From Saprolegnia diclina VS20 (Eukaryota): 64,000 bases of DNA. The notes under the pieces were generated by a model. That model saw only the letters and a program-made list of their open reading frames with translations. It had not been told where the DNA came from and searched no databases. The position numbers and the translations under genes were made by a program. The stretch's first letter is position 1. The number at the start of each line of letters is the position of its first letter. Where the stretch lies: assembly GCF_000281045.1 (NCBI RefSeq), contig NW_008246075.1, positions 576,970 to 640,969 of the forward strand, in the 5' to 3' direction. Positions 37,107-48,351 of the stretch are shown here, piece by piece.

Positions 37107-38003
37107 GCTGCTACGGATGGTCGAGGTAGACAGAGAGACGACGAGGTATCTACGGCGACGATCCAAGCGACGAGGAACCCCGCAATATGGAAAATGGGCA
37201 ATAAAATACCCGACCGAAAATGACTGGATTCCATTCAACCTCAATATAGCGCATTTTAATTCGATCACGCTTTAAATCGGCTCCAGTGGTGTGCGTCGGC
37301 ACCGATTGGTTAAAACTCCACCAATCAGCGCACCGCACCCTTCTAAAATCGCGACTTCTTATTCTTTCTATGCCATACAAAACACCACCCAAAGCCAAAC
37401 TCGCACATAACATGCAGCATCGTCCGGGCGCATCACGTTGAAGCCGAGGCCCATGGACACCCTCGAGCAACAGGTAGACTTCGCATGCACATGCCAATGC
37501 AAAAGAGCTCTCCGAGACGTGGCAACGGGCCAAGGAGGACCGAGACAAGCATCCTGGCGTCGTCGGTATCGCTCCACCGCCGACAGATCACAGAGGCGGG
37601 CATAGGTTGTGCGATACTAGCTCGCTATGGTAATAGTCGTGAGGACCAGAATGATATTCTGAACCACGTGCCCACACCAGAAACGTTGTGGGTCAGGTGC
37701 AACCTCGTTTCAGAAATGGGGTGCGCTATACTGGTAGTGGCTTGCCTACGACGGCTAAAGGAGCATGGGCAATGAGATAGCTTCAGCCGCCACATGCAAA
37801 CATGTAGGCTGTTCGATCACGCCACTTGAAGGCAGCAAGCAAGCTACCGTGGTCTTGCCAGCGGCTAGTACAATGGCACGTAGATGCCCCAACTGAGGTT
37901 GAGCTCTTAATGAGGCAAATTCCGGATAGTGACATCCGGATATCGATTGGTTCCTGTCCATTGTTTTGTGGTTTTGCATTTTCCTTCCCCGACGACGACG
38001 ACG

Positions 38004-38564
38004 ATGCTGAGCCGTCTCTCCTTGGTCCGCAGCATGGCTGCGCTCTCGCTCAAGGCGCCGATGATGCCGACGCTCCGTGCCATGTCCACGGCCGCCGAGG
38101 ACATTGCTCTGCCTTCGCTGGAAGACGCGGCCGACAACTTCCGCACGGTGCGCACGATGAAGAAGGAGATCCGCGTGAGCCCGCGCAAGCTGACGCTTCT
38201 CGCGCAGCAGATCCGCGGCCTCCCGGCTGAGGAGGCGCTTACGCAGATGCACTTTTCGCCCAAGCGCAAGGCGGCCATTGTCAAGAAGACGGTCCAGAAC
38301 GCGATCAACCTTGCCGACATCAACTATGGCATCGAGCCCTCGAACCTCAAGGTCGCCGAAGCCTTTGTCAACAAGGGTCTCTTCTTGAAGCGCCTGAAGA
38401 TCATGGGTCGTGGCCGCTCCGGCATCAAGCACCGCCCCCACAGCCACCTCACGATTGTGCTCGAAGAGTTTGACCCGGCCTCCAAGCCCATTAGCAAGAC
38501 CAAGGCGCGCAAGCTTGCGCTCAAAGCGCAGGCAACGGCGCCTGTCGAGACTGCCGCCGAGTAA
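38004..38564 (+). CDS. MRPL22: Mitochondrial ribosomal protein uL22
   Basis: IRVSPRKLTLLAQQIRG...GRGRSGIKHRPHSHLTIVLEE, with an Arg/Ser/Leu-rich presequence MLSRLSLVRS. Confidence 0.9.
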   Translation: MLSRLSLVRSMAALSLKAPMMPTLRAMSTAAEDIALPSLEDAADNFRTVRTMKKEIRVSPRKLTLLAQQIRGLPAEEALTQMHFSPKRKAAIVKKTVQNAINLADINYGIEPSNLKVAEAFVNKGLFLKRLKIMGRGRSGIKHRPHSHLTIVLEEFDPASKPISKTKARKLALKAQATAPVETAAE

Positions 38565-38705
38565 AGGAACTTACTGTAATAGAAGAAATAAGACACAAGC
38601 ATTAGACGCCTGTACGTCCACCTCCGTGAACACCAAACGCCTCAGCGACAAAACACAAGGGTTTATAAGAGTGTATACCCTGGAAACGACCATCAACGCA
38701 GCAGC

Positions 38706-38741
38706 CAGAACGCCCACAGACAACAGAACGCCCACAGACAA
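38706..38741. repeat. Perfect 18-bp tandem duplication
   Basis: CAGAACGCCCACAGACAA occurs twice, downstream of the uL22 stop codon. Confidence 0.85.
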
Positions 38742-39902
38742 ACCGACTTGAGTTAACTACGATCTCGTGTTGTCGCTGCGCTGAGGTAACTACGGCAGAT
38801 GCCATGTGCACCAATGCAGATGCACGCCGGTCCAAGAACCCTTGCGCATCAGCGTTTGGCCGTCTGAAACAGTCTCGGATGCGACTCACTGAGTTCGAAC
38901 CCGGAACCCGACACCGTATTCCAGCCACCTCGTGAAATCGCCCCGCTGCTGAGCTGCTGCCCTTGGCAGCTGCTGTCGAGCGCGGGCGGCGAGGATCGGT
39001 TGCGGCTCGTGCGGTTGCCAGTTGGCAGCATCGCGCATTGTACATCTCGCTCCATCCCTTTCCTTGCGCGAGACCATTTGGTACTGGCGACACCGTCCTC
39101 GATAGTCGCGCCACCAATGCTATCGTACTGGCATGTAGTATACATCCGACGGACGATGGTACTTTGCAGCGCCAAGAGCAACAGCGCCAGCATCATGCTG
39201 AAGCGATCAAAGCGCGGGCAATTGAATTGACCGACGAATGCAATGTATCGCAAGAGGTGGGTTGAAGCCGCGCCACCGAGGATTTCGAAGGTTCGACGCG
39301 CCGAGGCCTAGCCCTCATTACACGGTCGACACAGTGGCTCCAATCACACACGCTTGAAGTTGGCGCCGACCTTGAACGCCCAGCGATCCAGCAACATCTT
39401 GGCTGGAGACACCACATGCATTTTCCAAGTTATATCAGCCCACGGTACAGCGCCACACAAAACGAAATGTCAAAAAAGGGTACAACCCTGCATTCTTTCG
39501 CAGTGCACGGTCGCGCCAAGATGCTGCCACTCGCAACACGTCTTGCATCGCGTGCCCACCACCATCATATCGATAAAATATCTAGTGCTAGTATATATAT
39601 CGCGCCCGACAGGACGAGTTATGGGGCATCTAGCAAGGACATGCTCCTCCGATTGAAGTTTAGTCGATTTCCTTCGATTTTCTGTCGTGCTACGCGACTC
39701 TTGTGTGACGTCAGGGCGTGTCCTTCTTATATACTAGTACTCCAAGTAGTATAGAGTATGGCTGATGAAGGGCGCGTGCTGGATGCTTCCATCGACAGCC
39801 CATGTCGTCGTCCGAGAGGACGCCTGCGCTGCAACCCGCAACGAACCCTTTTTTGTCTAAATCTGACGTGTGTGTCACTCACCAGCGCGCCCGCGCTTTG
39901 CG

Positions 39903-39918
39903 GCTCATTTGGCAATTG
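39903..39918 (+). promoter_or_regulatory. Oomycete Inr+FPR-type core promoter element
   Basis: GCTCATTTGGCAATTG, 16 nt before the ATG at 39935, resembles the known oomycete GCTCATTYBNNNWTTY consensus. Confidence 0.6.
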
Positions 39919-39934
39919 CGAACTTCGTGCGCAC

Positions 39935-41400
39935 ATGTGGAAAAAGTTCACCGAGTCCAAGCTCGCGGTCGGGCTCGTCTTCTTGATCCTCTCGAGGACC
40001 GTCGACCGCGTCTACTACACGTACTACTAGCTTTCTATCAATGTATCGAGTTCTCAAAGGCTCTAGGCGCATCACGTACGAGTACAATGATTTTTTGTGG
40101 TATTTTGCCAACATCATTTGCCCGATCTCGTACATTGTCACGTCGTGGCCCGTCGTGTGGTAATTGCTCGCTGAACGCAACGTTCGCGCACTCAAAACCA
40201 ATTCTGTAGGTACAAGATGTGGTTTACGGACGAAATCACGCCCGAAATGCGCGCGTTCCCGCACTACAAGTTCATCATCATGGGTCTCTTTGACACGCTC
40301 TACAACCTCCTCTCGTCCTTTCCGACGCCGCACATTGGGTATTTTTGCGTCGTTTTCCCGACATTTGTGGTCGACGAAACCCTCTTTCGTAGCGGCAACC
40401 TCGCCAATGCACTCAACCAGCTCAACCTGCCGTTCAACATGGTGCTCTCGTTCATCTTCCTCGCCACGCGCTACAAGAAGATGCACATCCTCGGCGCTGT
40501 CCTCGTCTTGTACGGCGCCCTCGTGTGCATGATCCCCGTCTTCCAAGGCCAAGCCGCGGCCAACATGCCCGACCCGACCGCCGGCTGGATCCTGCTCTAC
40601 ATTGTGAGCCTCCTTCCGGCCGCGGGCTCCAACGGTACGCGGTTTTGCCACACTCTCAGTTCTGATTCTGGTGTCTAATCTGGTTGGCTGCATCTAGTCT
40701 ACAAGGAAATTGGCTTGAAGGACGTCGATTTGGACATCTGGTACACGAACGCGTGGGTCAGCTTCTACCAAGTGGGCTGGGGGCTTCTCACGATCTGGAC
40801 GATCCGCTTTGATGCGTTCTGCGACCCGCCCGTGGAATGGCAGGACTTTCCGCACTACGTGGGGCAGGCGCACGAGTGCTTCTTGGGCAACCCCGCCGAG
40901 TTTGGCGGCAAGACGATCGCGTGCGACCAAGGCGTCTTTGGCACGTTCCTTCTCTACATCTTCTTCAACGTCGTCTACAACCAGGTACAACGCGCCGTCC
41001 GAGACAAGCTCGCTGACGCTGTGTCTAGTTGATGTTGTACATCTTCAAGGAAGGCAGCAGCGTCCTCTTTGTCGTCTCGTCCGCGGTCTGCCTCCCGCTC
41101 ACGGACATTCTGTACATGGTGCCGTTCCTCGCGGGGCCCCAAGCAACGCAGTCGTTTACGATCTTTGACGGTTTTGCGCTCTTCATCCTCATCATCGGCA
41201 TGCTCATCTACCACTCGGAGAAGGAAGAGCGCGTCGACACGACCGACGGCAAGCTCCTCGCCAAGTCGCCCATGTTCTCGTCGCCCAGCATGCGCCAAGC
41301 ACAAATCATGCGCGGCAAGCGCACCGGCACCTACCGCCAAATCCCAGCCTTCAAGAAGAAGCTCGCGTCACCGCACCGGTCCAAGTACGGCACGTCGGCG
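39935..41400 (+). CDS. CRT-like (chloroquine-resistance-transporter-like) transporter, paralogue A; 3' end runs into the gap
   Basis: Spliced multi-TM protein with FPHYKFIIMGLFD, NQLNLPFNMVLSFIFL.TRY and SNVYKEIGLKDVDLDIWYTNAWVSFYQ. The stop codon is hidden by Ns. Confidence 0.85.
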
Positions 41401-41968
41401 NNNNNNNNNNNNNNNNNNNNNNNNNNNNNNNNNNNNNNNNNNNNNNNNNNNNNNNNNNNNNNNNNNNNNNNNNNNNNNNNNNNNNNNNNNNNNNNNNNNN
41501 NNNNNNNNNNNNNNNNNNNNNNNNNNNNNNNNNNNNNNNNNNNNNNNNNNNNNNNNNNNNNNNNNNNNNNNNNNNNNNNNNNNNNNNNNNNNNNNNNNNN
41601 NNNNNNNNNNNNNNNNNNNNNNNNNNNNNNNNNNNNNNNNNNNNNNNNNNNNNNNNNNNNNNNNNNNNNNNNNNNNNNNNNNNNNNNNNNNNNNNNNNNN
41701 NNNNNNNNNNNNNNNNNNNNNNNNNNNNNNNNNNNNNNNNNNNNNNNNNNNNNNNNNNNNNNNNNNNNNNNNNNNNNNNNNNNNNNNNNNNNNNNNNNNN
41801 NNNNNNNNNNNNNNNNNNNNNNNNNNNNNNNNNNNNNNNNNNNNNNNNNNNNNNNNNNNNNNNNNNNNNNNNNNNNNNNNNNNNNNNNNNNNNNNNNNNN
41901 NNNNNNNNNNNNNNNNNNNNNNNNNNNNNNNNNNNNNNNNNNNNNNNNNNNNNNNNNNNNNNNNNNNN
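41401..41968. other. Assembly gap (568 N)
   Basis: Run of N characters. Confidence 1.
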
Positions 41969-42215
41969 GATGTCGACACCGTGCTTTTACACGTCGGAAC
42001 GTTCCATTTTTGTGTTTTTCACCTTTTTCGCCAACGCCAATGTATGGTCCAAATCAATTTCCACGGTGTGAAATCCAAAGGAGTCGCTAAAATGGCATCG
42101 CCCCAACGTATCTTTTGGTTTGTATGGCGACCGCAAATTAATATAGTCGAGTGACTTGCATTACACGCACCTTTGCACTTCAAGTGCAGTCGCCAATTTG
42201 CATCCTTCGAGACAC

Positions 42216-43716
42216 ATGGGCATCGCCAAATTCGTGTCCGAGTCCAAGCTCGGCATTGCGCTTCTCGTGCTCGTGCTCACGCGCTGCGTGGACCGCGTCT
42301 ACAACACGTACGACAATATTGCCCTGTTTTCCACGCTGAATGGTGGTGTAGGCGCATCACGTATGAATTTGTCCAATTCCTGTGGTACTATTCCAACATT
42401 ATCAACCCGATCGCATTCCTCTTTTTCGCGTGGCCCGTCGTGTGGTACAAGCTGCGCTACACAAGTACACTTTTGGTGTTCTGGGTGGCAGTATTGACAT
42501 GCAAATTAGACGATATTTCGCCGGAAATGAAGGCGTTCCCACACTACAAGTTTGCGATCATGGCCTTTCTCGACATGTCGGCCAACCTCCTGTCGACTGT
42601 GCCGACGCCGCACATTGGCGGGAACCTCAGCAACGTGCTTGGCCAAGTCAACCTTCCGTTCACGATGATCCTCTCGCACCTCTTCCTCAAGACGTCGTAC
42701 AAGAAGGCGCACATCATGGGCGCCACCATGGTGCTCTACGGCGCGCTCGTGTGTATGATTCCCATCTTCCGCGGCGAAGTGGCTTTGAACTCGCCCGACC
42801 CGAGCGTCGGCTGGATCCTCCTTTTCGTGTTTTCGTGCGTCCCCAACGCGGGTGCCAACGGTACCTCAATTGTCCATTTTCAACTTCAGATTCATTTTGA
42901 AATTCTTTGGTAGTGTACAAGGAAATTGGTCTCAAGGACGTCGACCTTGACGTGTGGTACGCCAACGCGTGGGTCAGCACGTACCAGCTCCTCTGGGGCG
43001 TCGCGACCATGTGGACGATCCGCGTACGTGGCGGGCTTTTTCGTGTTTTGTATCAAGTTGAAAAACTAGATCCAAGCCTTCTCCAACCCGACGGTCGAGT
43101 GGGCGGACTTCCCGAGCTACGTGGAAGCCGCGCACAACTGCTTCTTTGGCAACGAGGTCACGTTCAACGGCGTCACGTCAACGTGTGACGGCAGCATCTT
43201 TACCATTTACGTCCAGTACATCGTCTTCAACATTGCCTTCAACATGGTACAACGCCCCATATTCCGCTCCTTTTGTGACATGTTGGGATTGTGTCTAGTT
43301 GATGATGTACATCTTCAAGGAAGGCAGCAGCGTCCTCTTTGTCTTCTCGTCCGCGGTCTGCCTCCCGCTCACGGACCTTCTGTACATGGTGCCGTTGCTC
43401 GCGGGGCCCCGTGCGTCGCAGACGTTTACGATCTTTGATGGGTTTGCACTCTTCATCATTGTCGTACGGCTCCCTTCTTTGCGCGCCAAGAACATTAGAG
43501 CTCACTGCATATTAGATGGGCATGCTCGTGTACCATTCCGAGAAGGAAATTCGCGGCACGGGCAACGACCGCGTCACCAAGTCGCCCATGTATGCGTCGC
43601 CGAGCGTCCAGAAGCTCAAGAGCAACCTCCAGCACAAGCGCGGGATCAAGCAAACCAAGCAGCGGTCCTACTCGGGTGGCAACTACGGCGCGATCGCGCA
43701 GGACGCTCATGTCTAA
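42216..43716 (+). CDS. CRT-like transporter, paralogue B
   Basis: MGIAKFVSESKL... to ...AQDAHV*. Same motifs as paralogue A; multiple short introns. Confidence 0.87.
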
Positions 43717-44060
43717 GGTCCTTTGCGACCAAAGGAATATACCATTCTGGTCACATCCGCGCCAAACCACCTTGCCTTGTTAGCTTGTCCACAAGCTTGC
43801 TCGATTCTTTCGATCATCCGCTGGCTAACATAGCCGGGGTGCAATAGCAGGCTTCGTTTCAAAGACATGGACTCTGCGGGAGGTTATGGACGGCCACCGG
43901 CTCAGAGCCGTACGACATCCGTGCGTCGTTGGTCGCATAATCTTCGGAAACGCTTGCGAACAAACAACGGTCGTATGACGATCGACGCATACTGAATACG
44001 AGTCCAAGATATCTTTGGTGCCAAGATCAGTGGCCAATCGGGTTTGTACCAGAAAGAAGA

Positions 44061-45624
44061 ATGGGCTTGCGGGAGCTCATGCTCGAGTCGAAGCTCGTGC
44101 TTGCCGTCGTCGCCCTCGTCTTGGCGCGATGCATCGACCGCGTCCTCAACACGTACGCCGTTATCACGTCTCTGGGTTGCTCATGCGCATGGAGTAGCCG
44201 CATCACGTACGAGTACACGCCATTCCTGTGGTTTTTCGCCAACATCATTTGCCCCGTCTCGTTCCTCGCCATCTCGTGGCCCATCGTGATCTACAAGCTC
44301 CGTAAAACAGGTGCAGTTCGATTCGTGCCATCTCCTCGTGGAGAAGCTGGTCTCATGCGGTCATTCTAGAGGACATTACGCCCGAGATGCGCGCATTTCC
44401 CCATTATAAATTTGCGATCATGGCCTTTTTGGACATGGCCAGCAGCTTCCTCGCGACGCTGCCCATACCCCACATTGGGTACAGCATTTTACCGTCGCCA
44501 TTTATTATCAACATGCTACTAGCGGCAACTTGGCCAATGTGCTCGGACAAGTGACGCTGCCGCTCAACATGCTGCTCTCGATGGTCTTCCTTCAGACGCG
44601 CTACGAGCGGTCGCACGTCATTGGAGCCACCATGGTGCTCTACGGCGCGCTCGTGTGCATGATTCCCATCTTCCGCGGCGAAGTGGCCTTGAATTCGCCC
44701 GACCCGTCGTTTGGCTGGCTCCTTCTCTACGTGTTTTCGATGGTACCTGCCGCGACCTCCAACGGTACGGCACCTTCGTTCTTTCTACGACTAGCCGACT
44801 CGATCTCTCTCTAGTCTACAAGGAGATTGGCTTGAAGGATGTCGATTTGGATATCTGGTACACGAACGCGTGGGTCAGCACGTATCAAGTGTGCTGGGGT
44901 ATCGCGACGATGTGGACCATTCGGGTATTGCCTCTCCCTTTGCATCGGCAAGTGACTTGGAATGTAGCTGCCCGCGTTCTCCGACCCGGCGATCGACTGG
45001 CACGAGTTTCCCGCGTACTTGCAGTCGGCGACACGCTGCTTTTTCGGCAGCAACCTGACCTTTCACGATACGGACATGGCGTGCTCCACCGACATCTTTC
45101 CCACGTTTCTCCAGTACATCCTCTTCAACATCGTCTTCAACACGGTAGACAGTCACGTCATTTCTCGTCTCATGACTGCGCACTAGCTTATGATGTACGT
45201 CTTCAAGGAGGGCAGCAGCGTGCTCTTCGTCATCTCGTCGGCGGTGTGCCTTCCGCTCACCGACATTTTGTACATGATCCCGTTCATCGCGGGCCCCAAG
45301 GCGTCCCAGGCGTTCACCATCTTTGATGGGTTTGCGCTCTTTATCATTGTGGTACGACGACGATTTGACCGTATTGAATCTCGAGAAATCTCACGTATGC
45401 GGGACTAGATGGGCATGGTGGTCTACCATTCGCAAAAGGAAAAGCGCGGGAAAGACAACCTGTCGACGTCGCCCATGTACGCCTCGCCGAGCCTTCAGCG
45501 CATGCGCTCCAGCATGGAGCACAAGCGTGGCCGAAAGTCAGGCTACAAGAAGCTTCTGCGCACGATGACGCCGACGCGCGCCGCCAAGTCAGCCACGTAC
45601 GGCGCCACCGACACGGTCGTGTAG
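44061..45624 (+). CDS. CRT-like transporter, paralogue C
   Basis: MGLRELMLESKL... to ...GATDTVV*. Same motifs; multiple short introns. Confidence 0.87.
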
Positions 45625-46106
45625 CTACGTTGTAAGACTTCGGGAACGATCGCGCGGTTCGCGATCTTTCCTTTGGAGGCTCATGATGACAGTGATCTAA
45701 TTGCACGCAACATTGCAGCATCTTTGCCCAAAATAGGCGGCATAGTGTGGTTACGAGCAGATCGAAAATATTTATATACTACGTTGGGGTGTCCCGCTAT
45801 CATGCCCGGGACGATGATGTGTGCGAATGGCCGAAGACGTCGCGCCATCAGGCGGGAGCGGCCGAGCGGGTAGCGGTACAGCTTCCGTAGCTCCACGTAG
45901 AGTGGCGTGCGTATAGACAACCTCGGATCGGCTGGCGCGACATGACGTTCGCGACTCATCGCGATCGCGTATCCGGATGCACTTCAGAATGGCCGCGATG
46001 CACGCATTTGGTTTCTGTATAGTATACAAAACCGTATATACGAGGAGGACACGAGGGAAACACCTCAGTTTGCCTTTTGACGCGTTCAACCAACTTCCCA
46101 TAAACC

Positions 46107-46483
46107 ATGTCTGCCCTCGTCCTCATCGAAAGCGAAGAGCACTTTGCCAAGCTCATTGACGCTGAGAACGTGACCGTCGTCATGTTCAGCGCGCCGTGGT
46201 GCGGCAACTGCAAGCTCGTGCACTCGAAGCTCGTCAAGCTCGCCAAGGAGCTCACGGACGTGACGTTCGCCAAGTTCGACACGACGCAGTTCGAAGAGCT
46301 CGCGATGGACCTCAACGTCTCGGCGCTCCCGACCTTTAATATCTACAAGTCGGGTGCGATCCTCAAGGACTACACGGGCTCCAAGTGGGAAAAGGTACAC
46401 CGACCTTGTGCTAGTCTTGACGCTTTTTGCTCACCATTGCCCATGTCTAGATTGACGAGCTTATCCGCGCCGCCCTCATCTAA
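46107..46483 (+). CDS. Thioredoxin with WCGNC active site
   Basis: FSAPWCGNCK and ALPTF cis-Pro loop. One intron at 46395-46450; last exon IDELIRAALI*. Confidence 0.88.
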
Positions 46484-46577
46484 GCGTCGTAGACTCTATC
46501 CGCGCTTGTCAGCTTTTCTTATATATATCCTCAACGACCCCAAACGTGATTTCTTTTCTCATTTCTTATCCACGAAT

Positions 46578-48266
46578 CTAAAAGCGGAAGGCCTCCACGA
46601 CAAAGTGGCGCAGGATGACGTGGACCTCGAAATGCACCTGGGACTTGTGAAAAGAGGCCAGTTCACGCTGCTACTACGCACCTGGCCTGACGCGATGGTG
46701 CGCAGTCGGCATCGATCCGCCCACGCGCTGTTGAACACGACATCGTCGCCGAGGAGCTCTGTCGTTTGACCCAGAAAGAGTGCTAGATTCATCTTGTGTG
46801 AAGATGCTTTGGAGAGCCGAGCCACCTACCTGCCAACTCTTGGTGCTCCGAGCCCAAGGGACGCCAGAGTCCAATCGTCACGAGGTGGTGCCCCGGCGAC
46901 GACGGCACGTGGGCAAAGCCGTACCCGCAGACGTGTGCACTGCCATGCTCGTCAACGGTCCACACTTGCACGAGCAGTCGCGGCCAGCCCTACACGAAAC
47001 AGTAGTACTCGTATTGCTATGCATTCAATAGGATGTATCTACCTGCATCGAGTATGTTGTCCAGAGTACGTCGATGGGATGGGCCCAAATAACCTCGTCG
47101 CCGACGCTCGGCGTGTCGACGTGGGTTTGGCCAACTTCTTTGCCGCACACGTGTTGCCACGCCTCCCCATAGTCGACACGCCACTTGCATACGTAGCTGG
47201 CGCCAGTGTCAAAGCCCGAGCCACCGACAAGATCGCCGAGAAGGTGCACTTCGGGCTGGTTCTGCGGCGTGGCTTTGCGGAGGCCCGCGGAGCCTGCGTC
47301 TTTGCGCGCGCGGTGCAGCGGCTGGCGCTCCACCTCGGCCAGTTTCGTGCTGCTACAGTCATATTGAAGTTCCTGAAGAAGGACCCGCGCCTCGTACGTC
47401 GTCAAAGCCGCACTCGCTGATGGCGTGGTGCTACGGGATTAATTCAAGTCGCCTGCGTCGAGTGATATACTGGCTCGTGTACGCTGGATCGCTCTCGGCG
47501 TGTGTGATTGGCATATGTAACCTAGTAGGAGCAGCGGTAACATAACGTTAGCACATTTTGTCATAGCAGGTGTACGCTGACGGCAACGGAGCCTCGTCTC
47601 GGGCAGCTACGGTCCGATGATGACGGCGCAAATATCAAGTCGATCGGCTTGTACCGCTCGCATCGGCGGTCGGGGCGTGGTCACTGGAACAGAAATGCAT
47701 GATCTACAGTACCTCTTCAACGATTACCGACGTACCTCGGAGCGTCTTTCTTGCCAAAGAGCAAGTTGCGAAACGACTTGCTTGACGGGCTACGCCGATC
47801 GCTGTGGCGACCTTTTTACGCTCACGACCCAACCTGTTGCGTTGCAGCCGCGGCGGCGATGTGTTCTCGCCGTCTTGTGCGCTCGGAGATTGTTTGATTT
47901 CGCTACTAGTAGAGCACGTCGACTCGGTAACGTATACACAGAGTACGAACGCGGCGCCAATATCGTCTTTGCCCGAGCTCTCGTCCTTGGACGACGCCTT
48001 CCTACGATCCCACAGTCGATTTTAAAGATCCCAAATTCGTAGCGATGCCATACTCGTGGTGCTTGGACGGCGACCGCTTCGGAACGAGGTCCCGGAACGA
48101 CTTGCGCGACTTCAGTGTCGGTCGTCTAGACAACTGGGGTCAATGCAGCAGGGTTGGTGCACGAAGCCAGAGACGCATCAGTCTCATTGGAGATGGACTC
48201 AGCTGCGGCCAAGGGCAGGGGCGCCTTCCCGGCGTCGCCGCCCAGCTTCCGCAAGGACCGCTTCAT
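46578..48266 (-). CDS. B9/C2-domain ciliary transition-zone protein (B9D2-like) with micro-exon N-terminal extension
   Basis: B9 domain PEVHLLGDLVGGSGF...GQTHVD...IWAHPID...GWPRLLVQVW...GYGFAHVPSSPG is secure. The N-terminal exons back to ATG 48266 are inferred from phase-compatible GT-AG junctions. Confidence 0.75.
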
Positions 48267-48351
48267 GGGCCCAATCTTCTTCTGGCGACGGTTCCAAATG
48301 ACGAAGACACTGTTCCAAACACTGTATTGAAGCGTTTTACGGTCTCTCGCA

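Noticed and set aside
38880..38915. tRNA-like T-loop GTTCGAACCC
   Set aside because: No acceptor, D or anticodon stems can be formed.
41029..42154. Long ORFs spanning the N run
   Set aside because: Artefacts of translating through the assembly gap.
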